In this document: piece by piece, positions 26,650 to 36,713 of the stretch
How positions within the stretch are numbered: position 1 is the first letter of the stretch
How the letters are laid out: the number at the start of each line of letters is the position of its first letter
Assembly (NCBI GenBank): GCA_963743835.1
Contig: CAVUQX010000005.1
Span: 347,959 to 411,958, forward strand
Origin: Candidatus Dormiibacterota bacterium
GTDB taxonomy: Bacteria; Chloroflexota; Dormibacteria; Aeolococcales; Aeolococcaceae
Direction of reading: 5' to 3'
Length of the DNA stretch: 64,000 nucleotides
The notes under the pieces: model-generated
What the model was told of the DNA's origin: nothing
The model's database searches: none
What the model saw: only the letters and a program-made list of their open reading frames with translations
Translations under genes and position numbers: made by a program

Positions 26650-28536
26650 TCAGACCTGCTCGGGCGCTGCCATCCCCAGCGTGTGCAGCGCGTCGGCGAG
26701 CGTGGCGCGTGTCGCCGCCACCAGGCCGCGACGGAATCGGCGCACCGAGGCATCCTCCTCCCGGACGATCGCCGGGGTGTGCTCATAGAAGTCGCTGAAC
26801 GCTGACGCAAGACCGAACGCATAGGTGGTGAGCAGCGACGGCGACAGCGCAAGCGCCGTCTCGGTCAGCGCGCGCGGGTACGCCTCGATGCTGTGGAGGA
26901 GCTCTCGCTCCGCCGGGTGCAGCTCGTGGGGCACCATGATGGCCGCACCGTCGTCGCCGACCTTGCGGAGAATGCCGGCGGCTCGCGCGTGCGCGTACTG
27001 CAGGTAGACGCCGGTGTCGCCGGTGACGCGGAGCGCCTCGTCGAAATCGAACGCGATGATCTGGTTGAGCGAGAACTTGAGCAGGTAATAGCGCACCGCC
27101 CCGGCGGCGACCAGCGTTGCGCCGGCTGCGTCGCGGGCGTTGGCGGTGAGACGCGCGATGGCACGGTCGAGCAGGCCGTCAGCGCGAACCTCGATGCCGC
27201 GCCGTCCGCTCAGCGCCACGCTGTCGCGCCCCTCTTCGATCTCCACACCGAGCTCGGCCGCAGCGGCAGGTGTCAGTGCGACCACCTCGTAGCTGAGGTG
27301 GATCGAGTTGTCGGCCTCCCGGTCGTGATGCAGCCGGCGCAGCGCTCGCTGCACGACCCGCTGCGGGTACGCCTGGCGTGCATCGATGACGTTGATCACC
27401 CGCTGTGCCCGCCCGAAATGAGCCGGTGGCGCTCCCGGCTGCGGCACCGACGACGTGGTCATGATCGTCGGGTCACTATCCCATGGAACGTAGAAGAAGT
27501 CGCGTCCCAGGAGGCCGAACTTCCAGAGCTGGTAAGCGATATCCTTCGCCGTATACGTCGCGATACCGTCAGACTTGACCAGAACCTTGGTGTCGTCATC
27601 GCCTTCGTCATCGGCACCCTCGGCCGGCATCACCCAGCAGCCGGCGAGCCGGCCTGTCTCGACATGGACGATCGCGCCGGTCTCGCGCAGCAGCTCGAAG
27701 GCCTGCCGCCAGAAGCCGAGGCCGATGATGTCCGACTCCCAGGTGAGCAGGTCGTAGACGATGTCGAACCGCCGCATGGTGGCGAGGTGCGCGTTCACGA
27801 TCCGCCGCGCAACTTCCTTGACGAACGCCGCCGTCTCATTGCCGCCCTCCTCGATCTGGCGCAGCACGGCGCGACGCTGCTCGAGCAGCCCGGGGTCCGT
27901 GTCGTAACGAGCGGACACCGCGATGTATACCCGCGAGCAGTACTGGTCGAACGGCTCGTCCGGCATCGGCTCGACGCCGAGCTCGCGGATGCCGACCACG
28001 ACGTCGGCAACCTGGACGCCGGTGTCATCGATGTAGTTGTTCACCTCCACGGTGTGCCCGGTGCGCCGGAGGACCCGGGCAACGGTGTCTCCGATGCATG
28101 CATTGCGCAGATGCCCGACGTGCGCCGCCTTGTTGGGGTTGGTGGCGGTGTGCTCGACGAGGGTCTTACCGGCGGCTGCGGCCGCTTCGGTGGGCAGGTC
28201 GACCGCGCCGGTCGTCTCCAGGACCGTCGCCGCAGCGATCACTGCTTCGGCCCAGGCGCGGTCGTCGAGTTGGGCGTTGACGTACCCCGGCGGCGTCACC
28301 GTCCAGGCCCGCACCCGGGGAACCTGGGCGGTCTGGAGGTGCTCGGCGAGCTCCGCTGCGATCGCTGCCGGCGCGCGGCGCAGCACCCTGGCGAGGCCGA
28401 GCGGTGCGGGCGACGACCAGTCGCCGAACTCGGGGCGAGCCGACCGCTCGATCACGACCTCGAAGGCGGGGTCGACCCCGATGGCGTCGAGGGCACGCCG
28501 GACGGCTTCGACGAGCAGCGTCCTGGTGTCAGCCAT
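26650..28536 (-). CDS. argS: arginine--tRNA ligase
   Basis: Class-I HIGH-type motif (NPNKAAHVGH), C-terminal anticodon-binding domain; start at MADTRTLL. Confidence 0.85.
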   Translation of the reverse strand: MADTRTLLVEAVRRALDAIGVDPAFEVVIERSARPEFGDWSSPAPLGLARVLRRAPAAIAAELAEHLQTAQVPRVRAWTVTPPGYVNAQLDDRAWAEAVIAAATVLETTGAVDLPTEAAAAAGKTLVEHTATNPNKAAHVGHLRNACIGDTVARVLRRTGHTVEVNNYIDDTGVQVADVVVGIRELGVEPMPDEPFDQYCSRVYIAVSARYDTDPGLLEQRRAVLRQIEEGGNETAAFVKEVARRIVNAHLATMRRFDIVYDLLTWESDIIGLGFWRQAFELLRETGAIVHVETGRLAGCWVMPAEGADDEGDDDTKVLVKSDGIATYTAKDIAYQLWKFGLLGRDFFYVPWDSDPTIMTTSSVPQPGAPPAHFGRAQRVINVIDARQAYPQRVVQRALRRLHHDREADNSIHLSYEVVALTPAAAAELGVEIEEGRDSVALSGRRGIEVRADGLLDRAIARLTANARDAAGATLVAAGAVRYYLLKFSLNQIIAFDFDEALRVTGDTGVYLQYAHARAAGILRKVGDDGAAIMVPHELHPAERELLHSIEAYPRALTETALALSPSLLTTYAFGLASAFSDFYEHTPAIVREEDASVRRFRRGLVAATRATLADALHTLGMAAPEQV

Positions 28537-28593
28537 ATCGCGCAAGGGTAACGGGGAGCACGCCTGCGTCCCGACGGGCGACAATGCGCCGCC

Positions 28594-29457
28594 GTGGACT
28601 CGCGACCATGCGTGATCCCGGCCGCGGGCCTGGGGACGCGCTTTCTCCCTGCCACCAAGGAGCTGCCCAAGGAGCTGCTCCCGGTTCTCGATCGCCCCGT
28701 CATCCAATGGGCGGCCGAGGAGGCCGTGGCATCGGGTGCTGATGAGATCATCCTCGTCCTGGCCGAGGGCAAGGAGGCGCTGGCGGCGCATCTTCGCCCC
28801 GATCCCCCGCTGGAGCGCCTGCTCGAGGAGCGGGGGAAGACCGCCGAGTTGGAGGCCGTGCGCCGGGCCGGAAACCTCTCTCGGGTCACCGTGGCCCGCC
28901 AGGCGTCGCCGCGGGGCCTCGGTGATGCGGTGCTCTGCGCTGCCCGCGCGGTGGGGGATCGCACGTTCCTCTGCATGCTTCCCGACGACCTGTCGCTTGG
29001 CGAGCCGCCGGTGCTCCGCCAGCTATGGGACGCGCATGAGCGGCTCGGGACGGCCATCCTTGCGTTGATGCGTGTGCCCAGTGACCAGATCTCCAGGTAC
29101 GGGTGCGCCGAGATCGCCGAGTCGCGTGGCAAGCTGCATCGCGTGAGTGGCCTTGTCGAGAAACCGCCTGCCGCCGAGGCCCGGAGCGACCTCGCCGTGA
29201 TGGGCAGGTACGTGCTCACCCCGGCGATCTTTCCCGCGCTGCGCGACACGACGCCCGGCGCACTCGGCGAGATCCAGCTCACGGACGCGATCGGCCGCCT
29301 GCTCGCGACCGACGAGGTCTGGGGCGTGGAGTTTGAAGGCGAGCTGCTCGACGTCGGGACGCCGGCGGGATGGCTGGCGACGAACATGCGCCTCGCACGC
29401 GGGCATCCCGAATTCGAGAGCGCCTTTGCCGGCGTCGACCCGACCGGTGGCGCGTGA
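28594..29457 (+). CDS. galU: UTP--glucose-1-phosphate uridylyltransferase
   Basis: VIPAAGLGTRFLPATKELPKELLPV N-terminal signature. Confidence 0.85.
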   Translation: MDSRPCVIPAAGLGTRFLPATKELPKELLPVLDRPVIQWAAEEAVASGADEIILVLAEGKEALAAHLRPDPPLERLLEERGKTAELEAVRRAGNLSRVTVARQASPRGLGDAVLCAARAVGDRTFLCMLPDDLSLGEPPVLRQLWDAHERLGTAILALMRVPSDQISRYGCAEIAESRGKLHRVSGLVEKPPAAEARSDLAVMGRYVLTPAIFPALRDTTPGALGEIQLTDAIGRLLATDEVWGVEFEGELLDVGTPAGWLATNMRLARGHPEFESAFAGVDPTGGA

Positions 29458-29927
29458 ACGCACTTCGCCGTGAGTGGGGCGCGGTCACCTTCGTGGTGAC
29501 GATCCTGGTCGGCGCCCTCGCGGTGGCGATCTCCCTGGGATTGTCCGCGGCTCATGGCACCCCCACCCCGTCAGCCGCACCCTGCCCGACGTACACCCCG
29601 TATGTGGTCACGCCGACGCCGGTCCCGACCGCGACGCCGAAGCCCACCACAAGCGGCAAGGCAACCCCGACGGCAACGCCAACCGCGACCCCGATCCCCA
29701 CCGCGATCGCGACCCCAACTCCGTTCAACCCGGCGCTGCAGGGTTGCCCGACAGCGCCACTTGCACCGATTGTCTCGCCGACGCCGACCCCCAAGACAAG
29801 CCCCACCGCTGTCGGTGCGACACCGACTGCAACGCCGACGCCCACCCCAACGCCGGTCCCGACCACCCCGCCGAACTCGACGCCGCTGCCCACCGCGACC
29901 CCGACCCCGACACCCTCGTCCGGCTGA
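29457..29927 (+). CDS. Pro/Thr-rich membrane-anchored low-complexity protein
   Basis: GTG overlaps the galU stop; one TM then (TPTPTATP)n repeats. Confidence 0.4.
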   Translation, partial: NALRREWGAVTFVVTILVGALAVAISLGLSAAHGTPTPSAAPCPTYTPYVVTPTPVPTATPKPTTSGKATPTATPTATPIPTAIATPTPFNPALQGCPTAPLAPIVSPTPTPKTSPTAVGATPTATPTPTPTPVPTTPPNSTPLPTATPTPTPSSG

Positions 29928-29939
29928 GCGGAACCGGCC

Positions 29940-30467
29940 TCAGAGCGCGAAGAGCAGCCTGCTGCCGTTGACCGGGGTGATCGACGAGCGCTGCAGCTCG
30001 ATGTCCACCGAAGGCGGATGCCCGGTCTCGATCACCACCGCGATGCTTTCTGAGAGGCGCAGGCCACCGATGCGGACGCAATCCCGTAGGAACGTGAAGG
30101 CCATGGGGCGCACGAGGTTCCAGATGTAGCCGCGCACCGCCTGCGCGGTCTCCGCGGACTCGAGGACGTTTTCACCGGGACGCATGCTCCGGTCCTGAAA
30201 AGCAAGCACGCAGACCTGATCGGTGAGCTGCACCGGTGCGGTCCACGAGTACTGGTCGTCGTCGGCCATCGATCCGACGATCCGATCCTTGTCGCTGAAA
30301 AGCGCGAGCCGCTCCACCAGCAGGTGCATCGGACCGGCAGGTCCCTCGACGAAGAGCGGGATGTCGCGGAGCGGCTCGCTGCGCTCCTGTGCCGGGTAGC
30401 GCGCGGAGAATCCCAGATCCTCGATGCCACTGAATGGCGCGGGCACCTTGATGACGAGCTCGTCCAT
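29940..30467 (-). CDS. hypothetical protein
   Basis: 175-aa ORF, no recognisable motifs. Confidence 0.4.
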   Translation of the reverse strand: MDELVIKVPAPFSGIEDLGFSARYPAQERSEPLRDIPLFVEGPAGPMHLLVERLALFSDKDRIVGSMADDDQYSWTAPVQLTDQVCVLAFQDRSMRPGENVLESAETAQAVRGYIWNLVRPMAFTFLRDCVRIGGLRLSESIAVVIETGHPPSVDIELQRSSITPVNGSRLLFAL

Positions 30468-30561
30468 CAGCGAGCCTCACTCAGCAGGACGGTCACGTTG
30501 CTCATCACGCTAACCCTGTGCGGGAATCTAACACAGCGGTTGTGATCATCGAGGTCGTCGA

Positions 30562-31758
30562 GTGATTGCTACACTCGCGCGACCATGCCGGCACTCGACG
30601 ACGTTCGAAGTCCTCGATCTGACCAGGTTGCTCCCGGGGCCATTCTGCACGGTGCTCCTCGCCGACTTCGGCGCCGACGTCATCAAGGTCGAGGACACCG
30701 CCGGCGGTGACTACCTGCGCTGGATGCCGCCGCTCGTCGATGAGTACTCGGCGATGTTCCATCCGCTCAACCGCAACAAGCGCTCGCTCGCGATCGATCT
30801 CAAGAATCCCATGGGGCGTGAGGCGTTTCTCCGCCTTGCCACCACCGCCGACGTGGTGGTCGAGAGCTTCCGACCCGGAGTGATGGATCGTCTCGGCATC
30901 GGGTTTGCCTCGTTGCGCGAGGTGAACCCAAGGCTCGTGCTCTGCAGCATCAGCGGTTATGGCCAGGATGGACCGTTTCGCGACCGCGCCGGCCACGACC
31001 TGAACTACGCGGCGGTCGCCGGCGTGCTCCTGCTCGGCAGCAGCACTGCTGAGAGCGGTCCGCCGATCCCCGGCCTGCAGGTCGGAGACCTCGGCGGCGG
31101 CGCCATGAACGCGGCGCTTGCGATCATGATCGCGCTGCACCATGCCGCCCGCACCGGCAGCGGACAGCACTGCGACGTCTCCATGGTCGACGGCCTGATC
31201 AGCTGGACGGGCGTGCACGCGTCACAGCTTTTCGCCACCGGTGAGCCACCGGAGCCCGGTGGCGGCTTGCTGACCGGGCGCCACCCGTGCTACCGGATCT
31301 ATCCGTGTGCCGACGGGTATCTCTCGGTCGGTGCGCTCGAGCCGAAATTCTGGCGCGAGTTTGTCGAGATGATCGGTCTGCCCGAGCTGGGGGGCAACGG
31401 CCTCGCCGACGGCGAGGAAGGGCGACGAACGGTTGCGGCGGTGACGGCCGTGCTGCGCACGCGGACTCGCGCCGAATGGGAGACCGCCCTCGAAGGACAT
31501 GACGTCTGCGTCGAGCCCGTGCTCGACATCGGCGAAACCTTCGAGCATCGCCAGGCGGTCAGCCGGGGCATGCGTCTCGACGCCGGTGACGGCAGACCAA
31601 CGGCGCAAACGGGATTTCCCATCCGGCTCGCGGAATCTCCGGCGGCGTACCGACGGCCCGCGCCCGGGTACGGTGAGCACACCAACGAAGTGCTCACCGA
31701 GGCGGGGTACGACGGCGATGAACTCGCCGCGCTGCGCACCGCAGGGGCGATAGGGTGA
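30562..31758 (+). CDS. CoA-transferase family III (CaiB/BaiF-like) protein
   Basis: VLDLTRLLPGPFCT ... catalytic-Asp region typical of family III CoA-transferases; GTG start. Confidence 0.8.
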   Translation: MIATLARPCRHSTTFEVLDLTRLLPGPFCTVLLADFGADVIKVEDTAGGDYLRWMPPLVDEYSAMFHPLNRNKRSLAIDLKNPMGREAFLRLATTADVVVESFRPGVMDRLGIGFASLREVNPRLVLCSISGYGQDGPFRDRAGHDLNYAAVAGVLLLGSSTAESGPPIPGLQVGDLGGGAMNAALAIMIALHHAARTGSGQHCDVSMVDGLISWTGVHASQLFATGEPPEPGGGLLTGRHPCYRIYPCADGYLSVGALEPKFWREFVEMIGLPELGGNGLADGEEGRRTVAAVTAVLRTRTRAEWETALEGHDVCVEPVLDIGETFEHRQAVSRGMRLDAGDGRPTAQTGFPIRLAESPAAYRRPAPGYGEHTNEVLTEAGYDGDELAALRTAGAIG

Positions 31759-32408
31759 GCCCGGCCGAGGGGGCGACGCAGAGCTCGCGGCACGCTCCGC
31801 GAACCACGCGCAGCGCGCAGACGCGTGAGCGCATCATCGCCGCCGCCACCGAGGTGTTTGCGCGCTCCGGATTTCATGGCGCGAAGGTCGCCGACATCGC
31901 TGAGCAGGCCGGGATCGCCTACGGGCTTGTCTATCACTACTTCCACAACAAGGAAGACATCCTCGCCGCGATCTTCACCGAGCGGTGGGCGCAGTACGTC
32001 ACATACCTGCACGGCGTCGGCGACATGGACATCGGTTTTCGCGAGCAGATGCGCAGGCTCGTGCACTTCTGGGTCGAGGTGTACCGCCGCGAGCCGGATC
32101 TCATGACGGTGATGATCAATGAGGTCACGCGCTCGTATGAGTTCCTCGAGTCGCACGACATCGGCACCGTGATGGTGGCCTTCGAAGCCATCGAGCAGAT
32201 CATCCGGAGGGCTCGGGATCGCGGTGAGGTTGCGGGCGGCGTCGATCCGCAGCTGGCCAGCTATGTGGTCTTCGGCGCCGCCGAGATGGTGCTCACCGGC
32301 TATGTCATGGGGACGTTGCGGCGCGACCAGCCCGCCGCATTCGCCGGCGACGAAACGCAGATGCTCGAGGTCCTCCTCGACGGGCTCGCGCCGCGGCCGG
32401 CTACCTGA
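31755..32408 (+). CDS. TetR-family transcriptional regulator
   Basis: N-terminal HTH IIAAATEVFARSGFHGAKVADIAEQAGIAYGLVYHYF. Confidence 0.8.
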   Translation: MSPAEGATQSSRHAPRTTRSAQTRERIIAAATEVFARSGFHGAKVADIAEQAGIAYGLVYHYFHNKEDILAAIFTERWAQYVTYLHGVGDMDIGFREQMRRLVHFWVEVYRREPDLMTVMINEVTRSYEFLESHDIGTVMVAFEAIEQIIRRARDRGEVAGGVDPQLASYVVFGAAEMVLTGYVMGTLRRDQPAAFAGDETQMLEVLLDGLAPRPAT

Positions 32409-32994
32409 CCGCGTTCTCCCACCAGTCGTCGACGGCGCGCGCCGTGGCTTCGAGCCCGTGCGTGTTGTCGATGATCCAGGTTGCGCGATCACGCTTCTCG
32501 TCGATCGGCAGTTGCGCCGCGAGCCGCTGCAGCGCGGCCGCCTCGTCGAGCCCGTTTCGCTCGCGCAGCCGCCGGATCTGCACCTCGCGGGGCGCGTAGA
32601 CGAGCAGAACACCCTCGAACATCGGCTCGCGTGCATTCTCGAAGAGCAGCGGGATGTCGACGGCCACCAGTGGGGCCGGGCCTGCGAGTGCGTCCGCGAC
32701 GCGATCGCGCATGAGCTCGGCGATGCGAGGGTGCGTGATCTGATCGAGGTCGCTGCGTGCTCGGGCATCAGCGAAGACGATCCTCCCGAGACGTTCGCGG
32801 TCAAGGCTGCCGTCCGGTTGCATCACGTCCGATCCGAATCGCGCCGCCACCTCCTCCAACGCCGGCTCACCGCGGCTCACGACCTCGCGGGCAAGCTGGT
32901 CGGCATCGATGACCGCCGCGCCGTGCGCTTCGAGCATGCGATCGACAGTGCTCTTGCCGGTTGCGATCCCCCCGGTGACGCCGATCAGTCGCAT
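32401..32994 (-). CDS. coaE: dephospho-CoA kinase
   Basis: IGVTGGIATGKST P-loop and overall CoaE length. Confidence 0.85.
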   Translation of the reverse strand: MRLIGVTGGIATGKSTVDRMLEAHGAAVIDADQLAREVVSRGEPALEEVAARFGSDVMQPDGSLDRERLGRIVFADARARSDLDQITHPRIAELMRDRVADALAGPAPLVAVDIPLLFENAREPMFEGVLLVYAPREVQIRRLRERNGLDEAAALQRLAAQLPIDEKRDRATWIIDNTHGLEATARAVDDWWENAVR

Positions 32995-33033
32995 CGTCCC
33001 GGACCGTACTCCAGCGCCGGGTCCGACCGGCGG

Positions 33034-34641
33034 TTAGCCGCCGGCGGGCCCGGCGCACGCACCGCCGTTCGCCCATGACGCGTCGCCGCGGAGAAACAGG
33101 AGCATGCCGTGGTCGCGGTCGTCGACGATCGCCGTCCACTCCGGCGAGCGAGCCAGCTCGTCGGTCAGCGTGCCCGCGCTGTACAGCACCGCGGTGGTGT
33201 TGCTCGAGTCAAGAAGCTGCATCGCCGCCGGAGCGGTGACGGCACCGGCGGCGATGCGCTCGTAGTCGGTGAACACCGACGTGCCGAGCGAGATCGACTC
33301 GCCATATTCATACACGGATGCACGTGGCCACAGCCGGTCGATGACGTATCCCCCGGTCCCATAGGCGGTGAACACGCGCTGCGTTGTCGGGCTGCGCGCG
33401 AGCAGCCCGGTGGCACACGACGGGTACGCGGCGGCGACCCCCTGCTGTGTCGCGCTCTGCGCCACGCGGGTACCGACCACCCCTACGCCGAGGACGCCGA
33501 CGGCGAGGAGTGCAGCCCCCATGACCGGAACCGGCCGCCGCGATCGTGCGATGCCACGCGGCCGTGCACGACGCGCACTGATCGACCCAATCACGCCGGC
33601 GGCCATCGCCATCCACGGCGGGGTCATCACCGCGACGCAGATGGCGGTGTTGCGCACCGACGTGAGCGCGAGCCCTGCCCCCACTGCGGCAATCGCGAAG
33701 TCGCGGAGGTCGAAGTGATGCCGCAACGCAGGCCGGGCGAGCACCGTCACGGTGAGCGCGGCGAAGGAGAGCAGCAGTGCAAGCAGGACCCACATCGTCG
33801 GATCCCCAAAGTTGGGTGATTGCCACTCGATGATGCCCTTCTGGCGCTCGGTGGACCCGGTGGTCGCGGCGAACACGAAGAGCGACGGACCGTAAGGGTT
33901 GACGCAGGCGGCGAGCACCGATGCGCCGACCGCGACGGCGAGGCCCTTGATGCGCCGCATGGGAGCGACGGCGCCGACGCCCCACCGGCGCTTGACCGCC
34001 TCGACGACGACGACGATCACGAGAAAGCCGATGCCCGCGATGAACCCGGCATGCAGGTTCGCCCACAGGAGGAACAGCGGGGGCAGCAGCCAGAGACGCC
34101 TGCCACCGGAGCGCAGATACAACTCGGCGATCCAGAGCGTCCAGCAGACGAGTGCGAACGTGAAGACCTGCGGCCGCGTCCCGAGGACGGGCTCGGCCGT
34201 ACGCGCGGCGAGCGCAAGTCCCACCGCGAGAACGACAGGCCCGGCGCCGCGAAGGCGGCCCCGCAGCAGCGTCGCGAGCATGGCGCTCCACGCGACCAGT
34301 CCCATCAGCACGGTCACGAGGAAGAGGCCACCAACCGCGGCGAGGGCAGCGAAGACTGTCTCCGACAACCATTCGTGTGCGACCAGTGGATTGCCGAACG
34401 CGGTATAGGCGAAGAGCTCGCCGGCGGGGATCTGGTGGTGCGCGATGATCCAATCACCGAGGCGGATGTGCCACCAGACATCGGGGTCGCTCAGCGCGTC
34501 GAGACCGACGCCGCCGGTGAGCACGAGAACCGCTCCCAGCAGGGCCCGACGCGGATCCGACAGCCAGGCGAAAATCCGGCCGCGTCTGTCAGGCGTCTGT
34601 GGTGCCGATGCCGGTTCGGCGGCGCGGATCAGGGTTGCCAT
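33034..34641 (-). CDS. polytopic membrane protein (GT-C glycosyltransferase-like)
   Basis: >10 TM helices across the N-terminal two-thirds, soluble C-terminal domain. Confidence 0.45.
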   Translation of the reverse strand: MATLIRAAEPASAPQTPDRRGRIFAWLSDPRRALLGAVLVLTGGVGLDALSDPDVWWHIRLGDWIIAHHQIPAGELFAYTAFGNPLVAHEWLSETVFAALAAVGGLFLVTVLMGLVAWSAMLATLLRGRLRGAGPVVLAVGLALAARTAEPVLGTRPQVFTFALVCWTLWIAELYLRSGGRRLWLLPPLFLLWANLHAGFIAGIGFLVIVVVVEAVKRRWGVGAVAPMRRIKGLAVAVGASVLAACVNPYGPSLFVFAATTGSTERQKGIIEWQSPNFGDPTMWVLLALLLSFAALTVTVLARPALRHHFDLRDFAIAAVGAGLALTSVRNTAICVAVMTPPWMAMAAGVIGSISARRARPRGIARSRRPVPVMGAALLAVGVLGVGVVGTRVAQSATQQGVAAAYPSCATGLLARSPTTQRVFTAYGTGGYVIDRLWPRASVYEYGESISLGTSVFTDYERIAAGAVTAPAAMQLLDSSNTTAVLYSAGTLTDELARSPEWTAIVDDRDHGMLLFLRGDASWANGGACAGPAGG

Positions 34642-34718
34642 GCAAGCGCAGCCTAGGTGCCTGCCCGCCCCGAAAACGGTTCGCGGCCGGCTGGCGACAG
34701 ATTCGTATACTCCACGCG

Positions 34719-35234
34719 ATGGCCACCGACACCCGGTCCCCCAAGCGTCGTCAGACCTCAGCGAGCACCAGTTCGAGGCAGACGCCGGCGCCGGTCGCCG
34801 CCTACTCCGGTCATACGATTTCCTGGCGACACTGCCTGATCGGTCTCGCGGTCGGCGAGGTCGCGCTGCTCGTGATCAGCAATGTCGAACTCATCGCCAC
34901 CAACGCGGCCTTCGGGTCCACGTCCAACGGCAACATCGACGGTGGCGTGGTCGGAGTGTCGACCCTCCTGGCGGTGATCCTCGGGGGCTGGCTCGCCGCC
35001 CAACTCGCCGGACGCTTCGGCCTCTACCAGGGCATCGTCGTTGCCATCGGCTTCATCGCCGTCGGCGCGATCTATACGTTCTTCCAGGAATCGTCGATCA
35101 TCGCCGCATCGCTCGGCACCAACAGCCACCACCTCATCGACCTCGGCCCGATGGACCTGGGCAATCTCTTCAGCGGTGATCTGCTCGCGCTCTTCGGCGG
35201 GTCGGTCGGCGGCCTGCTATCCGGAAAGCGATAG
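34719..35234 (+). CDS. small membrane protein
   Basis: 4 hydrophobic helices; no known motifs. Confidence 0.4.
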   Translation: MATDTRSPKRRQTSASTSSRQTPAPVAAYSGHTISWRHCLIGLAVGEVALLVISNVELIATNAAFGSTSNGNIDGGVVGVSTLLAVILGGWLAAQLAGRFGLYQGIVVAIGFIAVGAIYTFFQESSIIAASLGTNSHHLIDLGPMDLGNLFSGDLLALFGGSVGGLLSGKR

Positions 35235-35280
35235 AAGCGAGCCATGGGGCGCAGCGTCGGCCGACGCGACGCTCAGGCGG

Positions 35281-35604
35281 TCAGACCCCGACGGCTCCTG
35301 CTGGCGTGGGCTGTCCGGAGATGGGGGCCTCGCGGTAGGACTGGCCGATGAGATCGACCCGGCCCAGCGACTGGGCAAACTCCAGACACGCAGCGCGCGT
35401 GAACCGAAGGTGCTTCCCGGGTGTGTGCCAGGCGCGCAAGTGACCCTGAGCGACGGCGCGACGGAGCGTCGAACGCGAGACACCGCAGAGTGCCGCCGCT
35501 TCGCCAGTTGTGAGGATCTCTTCCTCGCGCTCTGCCAATTCCTCCTCCTCCAGACCGTCAGCGTATAGAGACCCGGGCTCGGATCTCAAGGTGCAGTTAT
35601 ACAA
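35281..35604 (-). CDS. excisionase/MerR-family HTH DNA-binding protein
   Basis: LTTGEAAALCGVSRSTLRRAVAQGHLRAW helix-turn-helix. Confidence 0.6.
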   Translation of the reverse strand: MYNCTLRSEPGSLYADGLEEEELAEREEEILTTGEAAALCGVSRSTLRRAVAQGHLRAWHTPGKHLRFTRAACLEFAQSLGRVDLIGQSYREAPISGQPTPAGAVGV

Positions 35605-35648
35605 CGGTTTGGCGGGGTCGTGTGGGTCATCCCGTTGGGTGATGCTAG

Positions 35649-35670
35649 GAACGTATCGGCCGAACGTATA
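35649..35670. promoter_or_regulatory. direct repeat GAACGTAT x2 (14-nt period) in the divergent promoter between the HTH gene and moxR
   Basis: ggaacgtatcggccgaacgtatac; AT-richer intergenic region. Confidence 0.3.
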
Positions 35671-35725
35671 CTCCAGACGAGGTCAACTGACTCACCAGCC
35701 CGGTTGAGAAGGCGCGAGGATCACC

Positions 35726-36682
35726 ATGAACGTCGATGTCCAGGCGATGGCACGGCGTCTGCAGGGGAGCCTCGGGACAGTCATCGTAGGGAAGGAAGCA
35801 GAGATCGAACTCTGCATCGTGGGGCTCCTGTGCCGCGGTCACCTTCTCATCGAGGATGTCCCCGGCACCGGCAAGACGCTTCTCGCCAAAGCGCTCGCGC
35901 GCAGCAGTGGCTGCAGCTTCGAGCGAGTGCAATTCACCCCGGATCTGCTCCCCGGCGATGTGACCGGAGTGAGCGTCTACAACCCGCAGGATCAAACGTT
36001 TGAATTCCGCAAAGGGCCGATCTTCGCCCAGGTGCTGCTTGCGGACGAGATCAACCGGGCGACGCCCAAGACACAATCGGCACTGCTGGAGGCGATGGAG
36101 GAGTGGCAGGTGACCGTCGACGGCACCAGCCATCCACTCCCCGATCCCTTCATGGTTCTGGCGACGCAGAACCCGATCGAGCTGGGTGGAACGTTCCCGC
36201 TTCCGGAGGCGCAGGTCGATCGCTTCCTGCTCAAGCTCCGACTGGGCTACCTGCCGGCCGACGAGGAGGTCGCGATGCTCGATCGCTTCCAGTCGGACAG
36301 CCCGCTCGGCTCACTCGAACCGGTGACCGATGCAATGGAGATCAAGGCAGCCCAGGAGGTGTGCCGGGGCATCTACTGCGATGCGACCCTCAAGGACTAT
36401 TGCGTCAGGATCGTCCGGCGGACCCGCGAACACCGCGACGTCTCGCTCGGTTCGTCGCCACGCGGCACACTCGGCCTGCTCCATGCGGGACAGGCTCGCG
36501 CCGCACTTGCTGGCCGGGATTTCGTCCTGCCCGATGACATCAAGGACATCGCGGCCAACGTGCTCGAACATCGGGTCATGCTCCGTCCCAACGCCGAGCT
36601 GCGCGGCCTGACCGCGTCAGCGGTGCTCGAGGAGGTGCTGGCAACGGAGTCGGTGCCGATGACGGGCCGGCGCCTGGCGTGA
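35726..36682 (+). CDS. MoxR-family AAA+ ATPase
   Basis: Walker A GTGKT, Walker B LLADEINR, MoxR C-terminal region. Confidence 0.85.
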   Translation: MNVDVQAMARRLQGSLGTVIVGKEAEIELCIVGLLCRGHLLIEDVPGTGKTLLAKALARSSGCSFERVQFTPDLLPGDVTGVSVYNPQDQTFEFRKGPIFAQVLLADEINRATPKTQSALLEAMEEWQVTVDGTSHPLPDPFMVLATQNPIELGGTFPLPEAQVDRFLLKLRLGYLPADEEVAMLDRFQSDSPLGSLEPVTDAMEIKAAQEVCRGIYCDATLKDYCVRIVRRTREHRDVSLGSSPRGTLGLLHAGQARAALAGRDFVLPDDIKDIAANVLEHRVMLRPNAELRGLTASAVLEEVLATESVPMTGRRLA

Positions 36683-36713
36683 CAGGCTCCGCGGCGAGCG
36701 CCCGGAGCGCCCC

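Noticed and set aside
26893-28551. 552-aa plus-strand ORF across argS
   Set aside because: Antisense of argS.
29457-29927. Pro/Thr codon repeats (accccgac/gccgacccc) as possible CRISPR or tandem DNA repeats
   Set aside because: The repeats are in-frame coding low-complexity (TPTPTATP), not spacer-repeat arrays; the same applies to 53700-53880.
31299-32804. 501-aa minus-strand ORF across the CoA-transferase, TetR and coaE region
   Set aside because: Overlaps three genes with clear motifs; Ser/Arg/Pro-rich low-complexity translation.
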